In this document: one piece after another, positions 8,875 to 18,457 of the stretch
Layout of the letters: each line of letters starts with the position of its first letter
Position numbering within the stretch: the first letter of the stretch is position 1
Origin: a virus
Lineage: Duplodnaviria; Caudoviricetes
Reading direction: 5' to 3' (one strand)
DNA length: 64,000 nucleotides
Virus record (IMG/VR): IMGVR_UViG_2585427716_000002
Span: 1-64,000 of that record
Notes under the pieces: generated by a model
Told to the model about the DNA's origin: nothing
The model's input: only the letters and a program-made list of their open reading frames with translations
Databases searched by the model: none
Translations under genes and position numbers: made by a program

Positions 8875-8983
8875 ATTTTTACTTAGTGCAGTCCTGCTAT
8901 TGGGTATCGCAGGGGTAGTTGGAACATCCTATCTTCATCAGGAAAACGCAACTTACAAAGTCGCTGAAAGAATGGAGACTTGA
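8864..8983 (+). CDS. phr: Phr signalling pre-peptide, 39 aa, predicted mature peptide ERMET (absent from ORF track)
   Basis: MKSKFLLSAVLLLGIAGVVGTSYLHQENATYKVAERMET: signal peptide, VA processing site, Arg at position 2 of pentapeptide; overlaps rap stop. Confidence 0.88.
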   Translation: MKSKFLLSAVLLLGIAGVVGTSYLHQENATYKVAERMET

Positions 8984-9011
8984 ACAAAATTTAATATCAA
9001 ATACACATACC

Positions 9012-9043
9012 AAAAATAAGAGGGCCTCCCTCTTATTTTTTTT
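9012..9043 (+). terminator. Intrinsic terminator
   Basis: AAAAATAAGAGGG-cct-CCCTCTTATTTTTTTT. Confidence 0.85.
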
Positions 9044-9120
9044 GTCTAATTGTTCTTACCTTTAAGGTACCCACCTTACACCCTCTCTTCAAACAAATCT
9101 TTTCCTACACCTAACCATAT

Positions 9121-9152
9121 CGCAACTCCTTTCGCACATAGATCGATCACTA
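9121..9152 (+). promoter_or_regulatory. Phage-specific promoter, class 1
   Basis: CGCAACT-N16-CGATCACTA. Confidence 0.8.
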
Positions 9153-9176
9153 CGGTGCGAAGGGGGTTGTCATTAT

Positions 9177-10184
9177 TTGAATAAAATCAGAGTTTTAAGC
9201 TTATTTTCAGGTCTTGGTGCATTTGAGAAGGCCCTCAGAAGAGTCCACGCCAATTTCGAAATAGTTAGGTTTTGCGAGAAAGAAGCCGCAATTGCTAAAG
9301 CTTACTCGACTCTGCACAACATACCTGAATCAAAGAATTTAGGGGATATTAAGTCGGTTGTCCCTTCTTCACTTCCTGAGTTCGATCTCATGACTTACGG
9401 GTTCCCTTGCACAGACGTATCTGTTGCAAAGGTTCGTGGAGAAGGACTCAAAGGAGAGGAATCTAGTCTTCTCTTTGACGCTTTGCGTATCGCTGAGTTC
9501 AGCAAACCCAAGTACATGATCGCTGAGAATGTAAAGAACCTTATCGGGAAACACAGAGAAGGTTTTGAGGACATGCTTAGACGTCTAGAAAAGATGGGTT
9601 ACAACAATTACTGGAGTGTTCTAGACGCAAAGGACTTTAACATTCCTCAGGAAAGGCTACGAGTTTTTGTAGTATCTATTCGAAAAGACATAGATGACGG
9701 TAGCTTCTCCTTTCCTTCTCCACGTCCTGATTTAAAGGGGGCTTCGTGTTGGTGGAATTTTTTAGATGTCAGTAACACCCGAAATATTACAAAACGTCAG
9801 CAGCGGGCCATCGATGTCGCAAAAGGGAAAATTCAAGACCCCTCTGTGAAAATCGAAGGCGAGATTAATTTTGATCGTACGGTTATTAGCCACAGAACAT
9901 CCGGCTTACGATTTCAATCAAACCCACACCACCCCACTATCACTTCTTATTACGGCACTGGCGGAGGGAATTTCACTGTCTTGGCCCATAAAGGAAAACT
10001 TGGCGGAATCACTCCGAAACAGTGCCTATTACTAATGGGCTTTGACTCAGAAGACTACGAAAAGCTAATCAGTGCCGGTATTTCCAAGTCAACAATCTAC
10101 ATAATGGCAGGTAATTCTATTGTCGTTAATGTACTTGAGGACATTTTCAAAAACTTGTTTAGAGAAGGTGCTAAAGATGAATAA
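9177..10184 (+). CDS. DNA (cytosine-5)-methyltransferase
   Basis: LFSGLG, GFPC, ENV, Q.R.R, AGNSI motifs. Confidence 0.93.
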   Translation: MNKIRVLSLFSGLGAFEKALRRVHANFEIVRFCEKEAAIAKAYSTLHNIPESKNLGDIKSVVPSSLPEFDLMTYGFPCTDVSVAKVRGEGLKGEESSLLFDALRIAEFSKPKYMIAENVKNLIGKHREGFEDMLRRLEKMGYNNYWSVLDAKDFNIPQERLRVFVVSIRKDIDDGSFSFPSPRPDLKGASCWWNFLDVSNTRNITKRQQRAIDVAKGKIQDPSVKIEGEINFDRTVISHRTSGLRFQSNPHHPTITSYYGTGGGNFTVLAHKGKLGGITPKQCLLLMGFDSEDYEKLISAGISKSTIYIMAGNSIVVNVLEDIFKNLFREGAKDE

Positions 10185-11262
10185 TGAATATCCACTAGAT
10201 GAGATCTTGTTACCTATGGGCGGTACTACTGTAAAAGATCAACGTAAAATGGACGAGCTGTGGGAGAACGATGATTATATCGCAGAAGAAAAGTACGATG
10301 GTTCCCGCTACCTTTCTATTGGTGGTCGTTTCTTTTCTCGTCATGTCTCAGTTGTCACTAAACTGCCTGTTGAAAAAACTGCGAATGTACCTCATTTAAA
10401 TAAAGTCTTGTCTGACTATCCTCTATTGCTCTTAGACGGAGAAGTTTATATTGAGGGTGGTAAGTCCAGTGATGTTGTATCGATTATGGGTTCGTCGCCT
10501 GAGAAAGCAGCTGCACGCCAAGAAGAGCGTGGTTATGTGAACTTTGTGGCCTATGATATCTTACGTGATATGGATGGTAATTGGTTAACTGACCTTCCCT
10601 GGATTGATCGTAGGGGTATTTTAGAAGAGCAGATGGAATTGATTTTCACTGACCACCCTGACACTACTCATATCTCAATATCAAAGTACGTCAAACATAA
10701 TAAAAAGGAATACAACGCAGAAATTATGAGACGTGGTGGTGAAGGAGTTATGCTGAAAAACATTAACGGTAAGTACCACCCTGATAAGAAACCTAGATGG
10801 AATTGGATCAAAGTGAAACAAGAGATTACTTCCGATGTAATTATCACTGGCTTTAAAGAACCAGTCCGTGAATATACGGGCGAAGAATTAGATAGTTGGC
10901 CTTATTGGGAGGCTGAGGATGGGATTCTATACACCTTAAACGGGCAACAAGAAGCTCAGGAAGAATGTTGGTCAAACGGTATAAAAGTAAGCCCAGTAAC
11001 CAGGTTTTATTTTTATGGTTGGGTTGGAGCAATTGAGTTTGCTCAATACGATGATAAGGGCGAACTTAAACATGTGGGGCATTGCTCAGGTATTAGAGAT
11101 GAATTACGCAAAGACATGACAGAAAATTCCGATAAGTATATTGGAACGTGTATGGAGATCTCTGCAATGGAACGGACTAAAGACGGTTATTTCCGCCACC
11201 CTCAGTTTTTACGATTACGTCCCGACAAGAATGCGAAAGACTGTGTAATAAATGAGGATTAA
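10177..11262 (+). CDS. ATP-dependent DNA ligase
   Basis: EEKYDG, LDGE, EGVMLK, WIKVK, RHP.F.RLRPDK. Confidence 0.92.
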   Translation: MNNEYPLDEILLPMGGTTVKDQRKMDELWENDDYIAEEKYDGSRYLSIGGRFFSRHVSVVTKLPVEKTANVPHLNKVLSDYPLLLLDGEVYIEGGKSSDVVSIMGSSPEKAAARQEERGYVNFVAYDILRDMDGNWLTDLPWIDRRGILEEQMELIFTDHPDTTHISISKYVKHNKKEYNAEIMRRGGEGVMLKNINGKYHPDKKPRWNWIKVKQEITSDVIITGFKEPVREYTGEELDSWPYWEAEDGILYTLNGQQEAQEECWSNGIKVSPVTRFYFYGWVGAIEFAQYDDKGELKHVGHCSGIRDELRKDMTENSDKYIGTCMEISAMERTKDGYFRHPQFLRLRPDKNAKDCVINED

Positions 11263-11308
11263 TTATAAGGGCTGCCTTGGTGGCCCTTTTTCATAGAGGT
11301 GATTCAGT

Positions 11309-11986
11309 TTGGCTTTATACCCCAATGGTTCCAGGGTTTATTGTGATAAAAAACTTCCTTCTGAGGCTGTACTTACAGGCGAAGAAACATTGGAGTTCGT
11401 AGTGGATGGACAGAGATATTCAATCACCCTACTTCCAGGAGCATACCTAACTAATCATGACCAGTTTTACAGCGACCTCCCTCCCATGATTACAGAAGCT
11501 TTATCTTCCAAACACACCCCACTTATCTGTAAGCTCGGGGGAATCCACGACTATGAAAACAACAGAACTGTCCTGGTCTTCGAACATACGGATACCAAGC
11601 AACACCACGACATAGACGTACTTGGAGGATCAGCCTACGCACAGCTAATAGAAGGTATTTATAATTTCGATGAACATGAAGACGGTACTTTCAAAAAGGT
11701 TACCGACATTGTGGCTCAAGCTCTGATTGTTAATCCAGGAACAAGCGAAATGTACTCCGCTATTGATGTGAGGATGTTAGCAGAATCAGACCTCCCGAGT
11801 AATATATCCGCCCGCAAATCAGGGTCACTCTCGGTGCAGGGCAGTATAAGTATTGTCAATGCCGCTCACATTGCCGGCTCAATTTCTGTGCGGAAAACAG
11901 ACAAAACACAGCTAGTATCTGACTTAGCAGTACAAGTGTCAGAGACGTTTGATCTTGGTTCTTTCTTAACCGTGAATTCAAATTAA
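11309..11986 (+). CDS. Hypothetical protein with C-terminal fibre-type repeats
   Basis: C-terminal SDLPSNISAR/GSISI/SDLAVQV repeats resemble those of 35991..39845. Confidence 0.6.
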   Translation: MALYPNGSRVYCDKKLPSEAVLTGEETLEFVVDGQRYSITLLPGAYLTNHDQFYSDLPPMITEALSSKHTPLICKLGGIHDYENNRTVLVFEHTDTKQHHDIDVLGGSAYAQLIEGIYNFDEHEDGTFKKVTDIVAQALIVNPGTSEMYSAIDVRMLAESDLPSNISARKSGSLSVQGSISIVNAAHIAGSISVRKTDKTQLVSDLAVQVSETFDLGSFLTVNSN

Positions 11987-12003
11987 GACTTCTAAAAAAA
12001 TAT

Positions 12004-12035
12004 CGCAACTCTACCGTACGTCCCTTCGATTACTA
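12004..12035 (+). promoter_or_regulatory. Phage-specific promoter, class 1
   Basis: CGCAACT-N16-CGATTACTA. Confidence 0.8.
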
Positions 12036-12065
12036 GGCTGTAAGGAGTACAAAGGAGGCTGCGAC

Positions 12066-12431
12066 ATGAGTAGTGATGGATTAAATAAAACAGGAAGTTC
12101 TTACGGAATTCTCAAGAAAAACTTGGTGTTAGATATGCTCAAAAAAGCTGGAAAAGAAGGAGTTAAAAACTCCGAACTATTAAAAGTGGCTTTAAGATTT
12201 TCAGGTATCTTACACTCTCTCCGTAAAGACGGTCACATAATTGAGTTGGTTGAAAAAGGTCAAGGTCAAATTAGCTATGTCTTAGTTGGGTTCGAAGAGC
12301 CAGGGCACCATGTAAGTGCTTATGAGAGATTATTCGACCTGGTAGCAGAACATGATAAAATCTCCACTTCCCAACTTCTTTCTATTTTGAAACAAAATAA
12401 CATCTGCTTTAAGCGGAAGGCTATTCGCTAG
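12066..12431 (+). CDS. Winged-helix protein, paralog 1
   Basis: GVKNSELLKVALRFSGILHSLRKDGHII. Confidence 0.65.
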   Translation: MSSDGLNKTGSSYGILKKNLVLDMLKKAGKEGVKNSELLKVALRFSGILHSLRKDGHIIELVEKGQGQISYVLVGFEEPGHHVSAYERLFDLVAEHDKISTSQLLSILKQNNICFKRKAIR

Positions 12432-12445
12432 GAGGGTGAAATTAA

Positions 12446-12844
12446 ATGTCATTATATAAAGCAGCGCTAGGACGGCTTGATTCACAGCAAAAAAGAATCT
12501 TGAGATTGTTGGAAGCAAGGGACTCAAGGGGAGCTTATAACTTTGAGTTGGCAAAAATCGCAATGTCTTACCAGCGAAGAATCCATGAGCTAGTAGAGCA
12601 AGGTTATCGAATATTGGTTCAGAGGGTAACTCAAGGAACCTATAAGTATGTACTGATCGGGAAACAATCCACCCACCCCCAAAACCAGCCTATTTTAGAA
12701 AAGATTATCCAGGAAATAGAGGAGAACTACGGAGGTTCGGTTGACGCACTTGAGCTTTTGGATATTGCTGAAAAAGTTGGAGCAAACATCAGCTATAAGG
12801 GTGTAGCTAAGGTCAAAAAGGAGGTAAACGATGAAGTTAAATAA
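12446..12844 (+). CDS. Winged-helix protein, paralog 2
   Basis: GAYNFELAKIAMSYQRRIHELVEQGYRI; aligns with preceding ORF. Confidence 0.65.
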   Translation: MSLYKAALGRLDSQQKRILRLLEARDSRGAYNFELAKIAMSYQRRIHELVEQGYRILVQRVTQGTYKYVLIGKQSTHPQNQPILEKIIQEIEENYGGSVDALELLDIAEKVGANISYKGVAKVKKEVNDEVK

Positions 12845-13247
12845 ATTTCAAGTCTCTACAATCCTCTACTTTAAGAGTGGCAACTCTAAAAAAATCGATT
12901 GGGTTGAGGAACGTCTAGTAAAGAAGATTGACAAGGAGACGGAAGAGGTAACTCAACCACTTACTTTAGAAGAAGCTGACCTTTTCTTTCAAAGCAGGTT
13001 TAAAGAATGGATCGATAAAGGTGAAACTATCGTACGTAAAAATGCTAAAAAAGAAACCTCAGTAATTCCGTTTTCAAGTGTAGAGTATGCGACAGTTTCT
13101 GTCAAACTTCTGGGCGAAGACAATTTAACCGCAGAGGGTGAAAGAGATCAGAAATATTACGAGGACTTGCCTCTCCCTCCTCATCCCCCTTCTCCACCAA
13201 ATGAAAAAGGGACCCGTATTGAGAACCATCCCGCATATAAAAAATAA
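12831..13247 (+). CDS. Hypothetical protein
   Basis: RBS AAGGAGGT, Pro-rich tail. Confidence 0.65.
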   Translation: MKLNKFQVSTILYFKSGNSKKIDWVEERLVKKIDKETEEVTQPLTLEEADLFFQSRFKEWIDKGETIVRKNAKKETSVIPFSSVEYATVSVKLLGEDNLTAEGERDQKYYEDLPLPPHPPSPPNEKGTRIENHPAYKK

Positions 13248-13271
13248 CCGATAGATTAGGAGAGAGTTAGA

Positions 13272-13925
13272 ATGGAAAACTTAACAATCATGGTTCGTGG
13301 TGAAAAAGTAGAGGTATCCGCTACCGAATTAAAAGACTATCGTGAAAAAGGTATGGCACAGTTCCAAAAGTATCTAGATTTAATGTCTCTTAGCTCTGAA
13401 ATTAAGAATTTCGCAAGATTTATGTTGGAGAAAGCCCCCGACTATTTCTTCATCGTCCCTGCCTCAGTTTCGGGAAAATGGCACGCCCCCTGGTCAACCG
13501 ACAAAGGCGGTCTAGTCAGGCACGTCCTAATGGGTTGTCAAGTAGCTTACGATTTATCCCGGACATTTGGGTTAAATGACAAAGAGACTGATATGGCACT
13601 TGCAGCGATGATAGGCCACGACATCATCAAATACGGCTTAGACTTTGATGATCGATATATGGACATGCACCCATTTATGCCACGGTCATACTACGGACAC
13701 TACAAGTCTGCCGGTTATGTCGGTGATTATGCTAAAACCCCGGAATTCGATACAATCATGTCTGCCATTGAGCGACATATGGGAAATATTATGACCGGTG
13801 AATGGACTTCTGTTGGAGGGGTAAAACCTGAGACACCTCTACAGTATGTAGTGCATTTAGCTGACTACATTGCCAGTAGGAAGAACTTAGTTCACACAGA
13901 TTTCATCAGCGGATACCAATACTAA
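13272..13925 (+). CDS. HD-domain phosphohydrolase
   Basis: PAS.SGKWH...GGLVRH...HDIIK...HMG...VHLAD. Confidence 0.85.
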   Translation: MENLTIMVRGEKVEVSATELKDYREKGMAQFQKYLDLMSLSSEIKNFARFMLEKAPDYFFIVPASVSGKWHAPWSTDKGGLVRHVLMGCQVAYDLSRTFGLNDKETDMALAAMIGHDIIKYGLDFDDRYMDMHPFMPRSYYGHYKSAGYVGDYAKTPEFDTIMSAIERHMGNIMTGEWTSVGGVKPETPLQYVVHLADYIASRKNLVHTDFISGYQY

Positions 13926-13929
13926 GTAG

Positions 13930-14181
13930 GTGATTATAATGAAAAACCTAATAAAACTTTTCTTGAGTTCGTTTATTGTTTTAATAGCTTGGTTTTATTC
14001 CATCATGCTACTAAAAAAGGTGGGGCTAACCCATATTCAAGTTCTTTACGTAGCACTTATTTACTTAGGGTTAACTGTCTTCTCTTTTCTTCCCGCTACA
14101 ATTTTATCTGCCTTAATGTCTAAGCTGGAAAGTAAGGAGAAATTCAATTACAGAAAAGCCTTAGAAGATGACGGAAAATAA
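13930..14181 (+). CDS. Small membrane protein
   Basis: Two hydrophobic segments. Confidence 0.55.
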   Translation: MIIMKNLIKLFLSSFIVLIAWFYSIMLLKKVGLTHIQVLYVALIYLGLTVFSFLPATILSALMSKLESKEKFNYRKALEDDGK

Positions 14182-14192
14182 GGAGGGTTATC

Positions 14193-15050
14193 ATGAGAGA
14201 GATACGCAAACTCTCAAACTCGGCATTGGAGCGATTTACCCAATGCCCCCTCTCTTTCTTTCACCAATACGTGAATGAGGAAAGACCGGGACAGGAAGGT
14301 GTAGAATCTTTTTACGCTGATTATGGGATTCTAATGCACTTCTTGGTTGAGATGTATCCAAGAACTAACTTCTATAAGGACTCCCTCCCATTTAAACCTA
14401 GCAACTTTGTTAGCGATGGAGATATTAATGGCGTGCTTAACGGTTTCTCGAACCAACTTATGGAGCGAGAAGATCCGCTTACTTTAGAACAAATGCTGAT
14501 TATTTATGAGGAACTATTCCCCATGATTGATTTCCCCAATCAGGAAAAACGAGATGAATACTATGAGCAAGGCTTGACCTATATAAACAGCATACCTGAA
14601 ATGGACTGGTCAAAAGTGGTCGGCCTAGAAGCAAAATTCAAGATCGACTTACAAAACGGAGTCGTCCCCTTAAAAGGGTTTATTGATAAAGTCGAAAGAG
14701 ATGACAAGGGTCTTATAGTTACTGATTACAAAACATCTAAACCCTACAGTCATAACGCCATAATGGCAAAGCCTCAACTTCCTATTTACGGCATGGCTTG
14801 CTTTTTGATGTATGGTGAACTCCCTTACAAGTACCGCTATGACTTTGTCAGGTTTGGGAAAGTCGTTGAAGTGGAGATACCCATAGAGCGTTTAACCGAA
14901 GTCAAGAACGTCATTAAGTTCAAATACATGCAAATGCTTGCATATCAACGTCAAGGTTCCTTCCCTGCACAGTACCAAGATTTTTATTGTAAGAATTTCT
15001 GTGGTTTTAATAGGCTCTGCGATAGATACAAACAATTCAACGGAGGTTAA
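14193..15050 (+). CDS. RecB/Cas4-like PD-(D/E)XK exonuclease
   Basis: LSNSAL..F.QCP, GFIDKVE..D YKT, Q..IY, C-terminal CxxxCxxxxxC. Confidence 0.85.
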   Translation: MREIRKLSNSALERFTQCPLSFFHQYVNEERPGQEGVESFYADYGILMHFLVEMYPRTNFYKDSLPFKPSNFVSDGDINGVLNGFSNQLMEREDPLTLEQMLIIYEELFPMIDFPNQEKRDEYYEQGLTYINSIPEMDWSKVVGLEAKFKIDLQNGVVPLKGFIDKVERDDKGLIVTDYKTSKPYSHNAIMAKPQLPIYGMACFLMYGELPYKYRYDFVRFGKVVEVEIPIERLTEVKNVIKFKYMQMLAYQRQGSFPAQYQDFYCKNFCGFNRLCDRYKQFNGG

Positions 15051-15055
15051 CACTT

Positions 15056-15127
15056 GTGACGAAGAGACTTAACGGGCCAACCGATAAAGGCGAGCTTGTT
15101 AGAGACTACATTAAGGAGACCAAGTAA
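15056..15127 (+). CDS. Possible 23-aa microprotein
   Basis: RBS GGAGG, GTG start, fills the gap between two genes. Confidence 0.3.
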   Translation: MTKRLNGPTDKGELVRDYIKETK

Positions 15128-15130
15128 CAG

Positions 15131-15316
15131 ATGTACTTTATTTACACTTTACTTACAGCCTGGCTCCTTACCAAGATTGATTTAGACCAAGTCTTGTTAA
15201 GCGGGTTCAATGAGGTGGCTCACACTAACTATTCAATTAATGTTTATTGGTTATTTTTTGTTGTTGTCGGATTAGTGCTATCAGCCTTAGATGTCATAAG
15301 TTCATCACGCAAATAA
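15131..15316 (+). CDS. Small membrane protein
   Basis: RBS AAGGAG, hydrophobic. Confidence 0.55.
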   Translation: MYFIYTLLTAWLLTKIDLDQVLLSGFNEVAHTNYSINVYWLFFVVVGLVLSALDVISSSRK

Positions 15317-15372
15317 CAAACAACGGTCTCTGCCTATAATGGTAGGGACTATTTTATAAGGGAGGAAACATA

Positions 15373-16422
15373 ATGAAAGTTACAGATATTCTTTTAGAGT
15401 TAGAAAAGCTAGAGAAGAAGCGGGATGACATTGAATCCGTGCTGTCCGAGGCTACAACAGAAGAAAAGGAATTAGGGGCGGCCGAGATTGTTCTACAACA
15501 GGGACTAGAAAAGAATAATAAAAAACTAACGACATTTCTTAACTCTGAATTCGAACCGGCCGCCACACTTCTTTACCTGACAGTGACTCCCTCCACCCTA
15601 TCAATGAACGCAGAAGACACCTCTCCCCTATCTGTGATCGCCACCTACAGTGACGGAACCACTAAAGACGTGACTTCTCCGAGAAAGCCCGTAATGTTCT
15701 TTAGAGATTTTAATGAATTGGCTGACAACAAGGGGTTTATCACATCTGTAGATATAGCGGGTTACTTAGGTGAGGACAAAACATTTGAAATTGTAAAAAC
15801 TAGCGGTGGATTCGATATAGATGACAGCTCGGATACACAAGGACTTCAAGTAGTTCCGACATCAAATTCAAATGAGTACATGGTTGTCGATGTAGGAGGG
15901 TCACCAATCGGGATTAAATTTACAACTAACGGAGAAGAGGCCGTTGGGGATAACTGGTTGGTTGATATTTATTTAGTCGGTACAGGTACAACTTATGAGG
16001 TTGATGATACTTCCTTAGCAAGTATTAACGAGTCAGGGGTTGTGACTGCATTGGGTGGCGGAGAGGTAACTATAACAGTCCGAAACGGGCAGCAATTAGT
16101 AGATGTTCCTCTAACTATTGTAGACACGATTCCGCCTGAGCCGCCAAGTATCGAAACAATAACTCCGTTGGTCGGAGGCGCAGAGATCTTATTTGACCCG
16201 AGCACGTCTACCGACGTTGTTTCCTATAACATTTATGTCGATGGTGTACAAAAAGTAACAGGTGTCTTGTATGACGGTAACCCCGTTTCTACCGAATTAG
16301 TGCCAGCTGACGGAGAAACAACGTACTTAGTTAGTCTGAGTGCAGTCGACGGTAGCGGTAATGAATCAGAGCAATCTTCGGCAGTAGAAGTCACCCCACT
16401 TCCAATCGAGACAACAGAATAG
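15373..16422 (+). CDS. Ig-like (Big_2) + FN3 domain protein with N-terminal helical hairpin
   Basis: LTVTPSTLSM...ATYSDGTTKDVT; ASINESGVVTALGGGEVTITV; DTIPPEPP...YNIYVDG...AVDGSGNES. Confidence 0.8.
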   Translation: MKVTDILLELEKLEKKRDDIESVLSEATTEEKELGAAEIVLQQGLEKNNKKLTTFLNSEFEPAATLLYLTVTPSTLSMNAEDTSPLSVIATYSDGTTKDVTSPRKPVMFFRDFNELADNKGFITSVDIAGYLGEDKTFEIVKTSGGFDIDDSSDTQGLQVVPTSNSNEYMVVDVGGSPIGIKFTTNGEEAVGDNWLVDIYLVGTGTTYEVDDTSLASINESGVVTALGGGEVTITVRNGQQLVDVPLTIVDTIPPEPPSIETITPLVGGAEILFDPSTSTDVVSYNIYVDGVQKVTGVLYDGNPVSTELVPADGETTYLVSLSAVDGSGNESEQSSAVEVTPLPIETTE

Positions 16423-16463
16423 TGCTTAAAACCCTTGGTCATACCGAGGGTTTTATTTTTGCC

Positions 16464-16495
16464 CGCAACTATACATTGCAGCAGAGCGATCAATA
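16464..16495 (+). promoter_or_regulatory. Phage-specific promoter, class 1
   Basis: CGCAACT-N16-CGATCAATA. Confidence 0.8.
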
Positions 16496-16516
16496 ATTTG
16501 TAACGGAGGTGACTAG

Positions 16517-16699
16517 ATGAAATTTACAAGTATCCCTACTATGTCTTTAATTCTAACCTTACTTAGCGTGGCTACTGCATTTTCCCTGCATGGAAGGCAC
16601 CCGGTTTTCTCAGCCTTACTTGTGCTTTTGTCTGTAACAGATCTGACTCTACTACGGATCTACATATCACTTAAATGGAGGATCGAAGATAATGCTTAA
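16517..16699 (+). CDS. Small membrane protein
   Basis: RBS GGAGGTG, hydrophobic. Confidence 0.55.
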   Translation: MKFTSIPTMSLILTLLSVATAFSLHGRHPVFSALLVLLSVTDLTLLRIYISLKWRIEDNA

Positions 16700-16925
16700 A
16701 AGAATCGGTAAAAAACTAGTTGCTGATTTCCGAGAGTACCTAAGATTCTCGGAAGTCTTTCCAGTACCCTACTACACTTACTGGATTATGTTACTCTCGC
16801 TTTTTGCACTCATACGCTTTAAAGAAACTAATTACCCTTGGTTTGTGGTGTATTTACTTGCCGCTAGTATTAATGCATTAGGTCTCTACCGTTCACTAAA
16901 GAAGAAACAAAATCACCGCAACTAG
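16692..16925 (+). CDS. Small membrane protein
   Basis: RBS GGAGG, two hydrophobic segments. Confidence 0.55.
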   Translation: MLKRIGKKLVADFREYLRFSEVFPVPYYTYWIMLLSLFALIRFKETNYPWFVVYLLAASINALGLYRSLKKKQNHRN

Positions 16926-16948
16926 CCCCTCCCATAAAGCGATCACTA
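16917..16948 (+). promoter_or_regulatory. Phage-specific promoter, class 1
   Basis: CGCAACT-N16-CGATCACTA. Confidence 0.8.
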
Positions 16949-16966
16949 CTGTACAGGAGGTGCAGA

Positions 16967-17521
16967 ATGGCTAACAAAAAGAAACAACCACCGAGTATTG
17001 ACACACAGAAGAATTATCGATTCATGGTCGGGTTTGATCCCTCCCTTTCCGGCACAGGGTACGCAGTTTTAGATACCTTTTATAAAATGCCCCGCATTGC
17101 CGAGATGGGTGCTGTAAAAGGGAGAACTAAAACCTGGCCTGCCGGAACACCTTATCAAATTAAGCTTGCTCTTATTCAAGCAAAGGCCAAGGAACTTCGA
17201 GCAAAATACGATCCTATATTTCCGATCGTGTTCTTAGAACGAGGACATACTGGCCCTTTCAATAATGATACGCAAGCTGTATTCCGTGCAAGGGGTGCAT
17301 TAGAGTCCGAACTTGTCGGTAACTACATTCAAGAGTACCCTCCCCGGCAAGTTAAGAAAGCTATTACCGGAAATGGGTCAGCTGAAAAAGAAGAAGTTGC
17401 CGAACACTTAGCAGAAATTTTCGGTATATCTCTGGATCATTTTGAAACTTTCGATGTAAGTGACGCTTTAGGTGTAGTTTATACAGGCTACTTAGAACAC
17501 GTTAAAAAAGGAGATAAATAA
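16967..17521 (+). CDS. ruvC: RuvC-like Holliday junction resolvase
   Basis: GFDPSLSGTGYAV, FLE, VKKAITGNGSAEKEEV, DVSDALGV. Confidence 0.88.
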   Translation: MANKKKQPPSIDTQKNYRFMVGFDPSLSGTGYAVLDTFYKMPRIAEMGAVKGRTKTWPAGTPYQIKLALIQAKAKELRAKYDPIFPIVFLERGHTGPFNNDTQAVFRARGALESELVGNYIQEYPPRQVKKAITGNGSAEKEEVAEHLAEIFGISLDHFETFDVSDALGVVYTGYLEHVKKGDK

Positions 17522-17523
17522 CC

Positions 17524-17910
17524 ATGGCAGAAAATAATCAATCATTGCAAACTATCGAACAGAAAGCTCTTCGTATCTTTGAAATCAATAGACAACAGGC
17601 TGCGGCCGAAGAAGAGAAAACCCTCCTAAAGAACTCTATTAAACTAGCAATGAAGGAAAATAAAATAGCGGAACACCTCCTCCCTCTTGACGGGAACTCT
17701 GATTTGAAGATCAGCCTGAATGAACGAAAAACTAAAAAGGTTGATAAAGAGGAACTCGCCACCGATTTAGGTATTTCCACCGAAGCAGCGGGGAAAAAGG
17801 ATGTCCTAATCAAAAAAGTCGAAGAAGGTCGACTAACTCACAATCAATTCCTTGGATACCTTTACGAAGAAACATCCGAACAAGTTCAAGTACGCAAAGT
17901 CAATGCCTAG
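17524..17910 (+). CDS. Hypothetical phage protein
   Basis: RBS AAAGGAG; coiled-coil N-terminus. Confidence 0.65.
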   Translation: MAENNQSLQTIEQKALRIFEINRQQAAAEEEKTLLKNSIKLAMKENKIAEHLLPLDGNSDLKISLNERKTKKVDKEELATDLGISTEAAGKKDVLIKKVEEGRLTHNQFLGYLYEETSEQVQVRKVNA

Positions 17911-17920
17911 GGGTGATGTC

Positions 17921-18457
17921 ATGAGTAACCCCTTCGAATGTCTAACTGATGAGCAGTATGCTCTACTGGAAAATTTCATTGATAACGAGTTTTCAAAAGT
18001 TGATGAACCTAATCTCGATCACCTCACTAACTCAGGGGTACTCTTCCCTGACCGACTCCCACACGAGTGGGATACTCTACCGGACGAATGGGACAGAATG
18101 ATGGAGAACCAAGGGATCGTTAATTTAGAAGACCATGAGTTATCTAAGTATCTAGAGAAGTGGCTAAGGCTCCTTGGATATGCGTATTGGGTCAGAGGTA
18201 TTAGAGAGGCCAATTTCAACATCTTAGAACGCTGCGCTAACTATGTGAAGGATTACGTGTTTGCTCATGCCCAAGGCGGACGTGAGCAGAAATCTGCTGT
18301 TGCAGGTAGCCATCCCCTTTACCGAACGGTTTTAGAGAGATTGACAGTAGCTCAGGAACAGCTATACACACTAAATGGAATGATATATAAGTGGGAGAAG
18401 ATTGAATTCTCTATTTCTCGTGCAATTACCAATAGAGCCGGGAGGCCCTCACGATGA
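17921..18457 (+). CDS. Helical protein, possibly UvsY-like recombination mediator
   Basis: Long helical ORF upstream of RecA/UvsX; family call tentative. Confidence 0.4.
   Translation: MSNPFECLTDEQYALLENFIDNEFSKVDEPNLDHLTNSGVLFPDRLPHEWDTLPDEWDRMMENQGIVNLEDHELSKYLEKWLRLLGYAYWVRGIREANFNILERCANYVKDYVFAHAQGGREQKSAVAGSHPLYRTVLERLTVAQEQLYTLNGMIYKWEKIEFSISRAITNRAGRPSR

Noticed and set aside
8947-8980. CGCAACT inside phr as another class 1 promoter
   Set aside because: No CGAT box 16 bp downstream
14193-15050. Cas4-like nuclease as evidence of CRISPR-Cas
   Set aside because: Stand-alone RecB/Cas4-like exonucleases are common in phage recombination modules; no array or cas1/cas2
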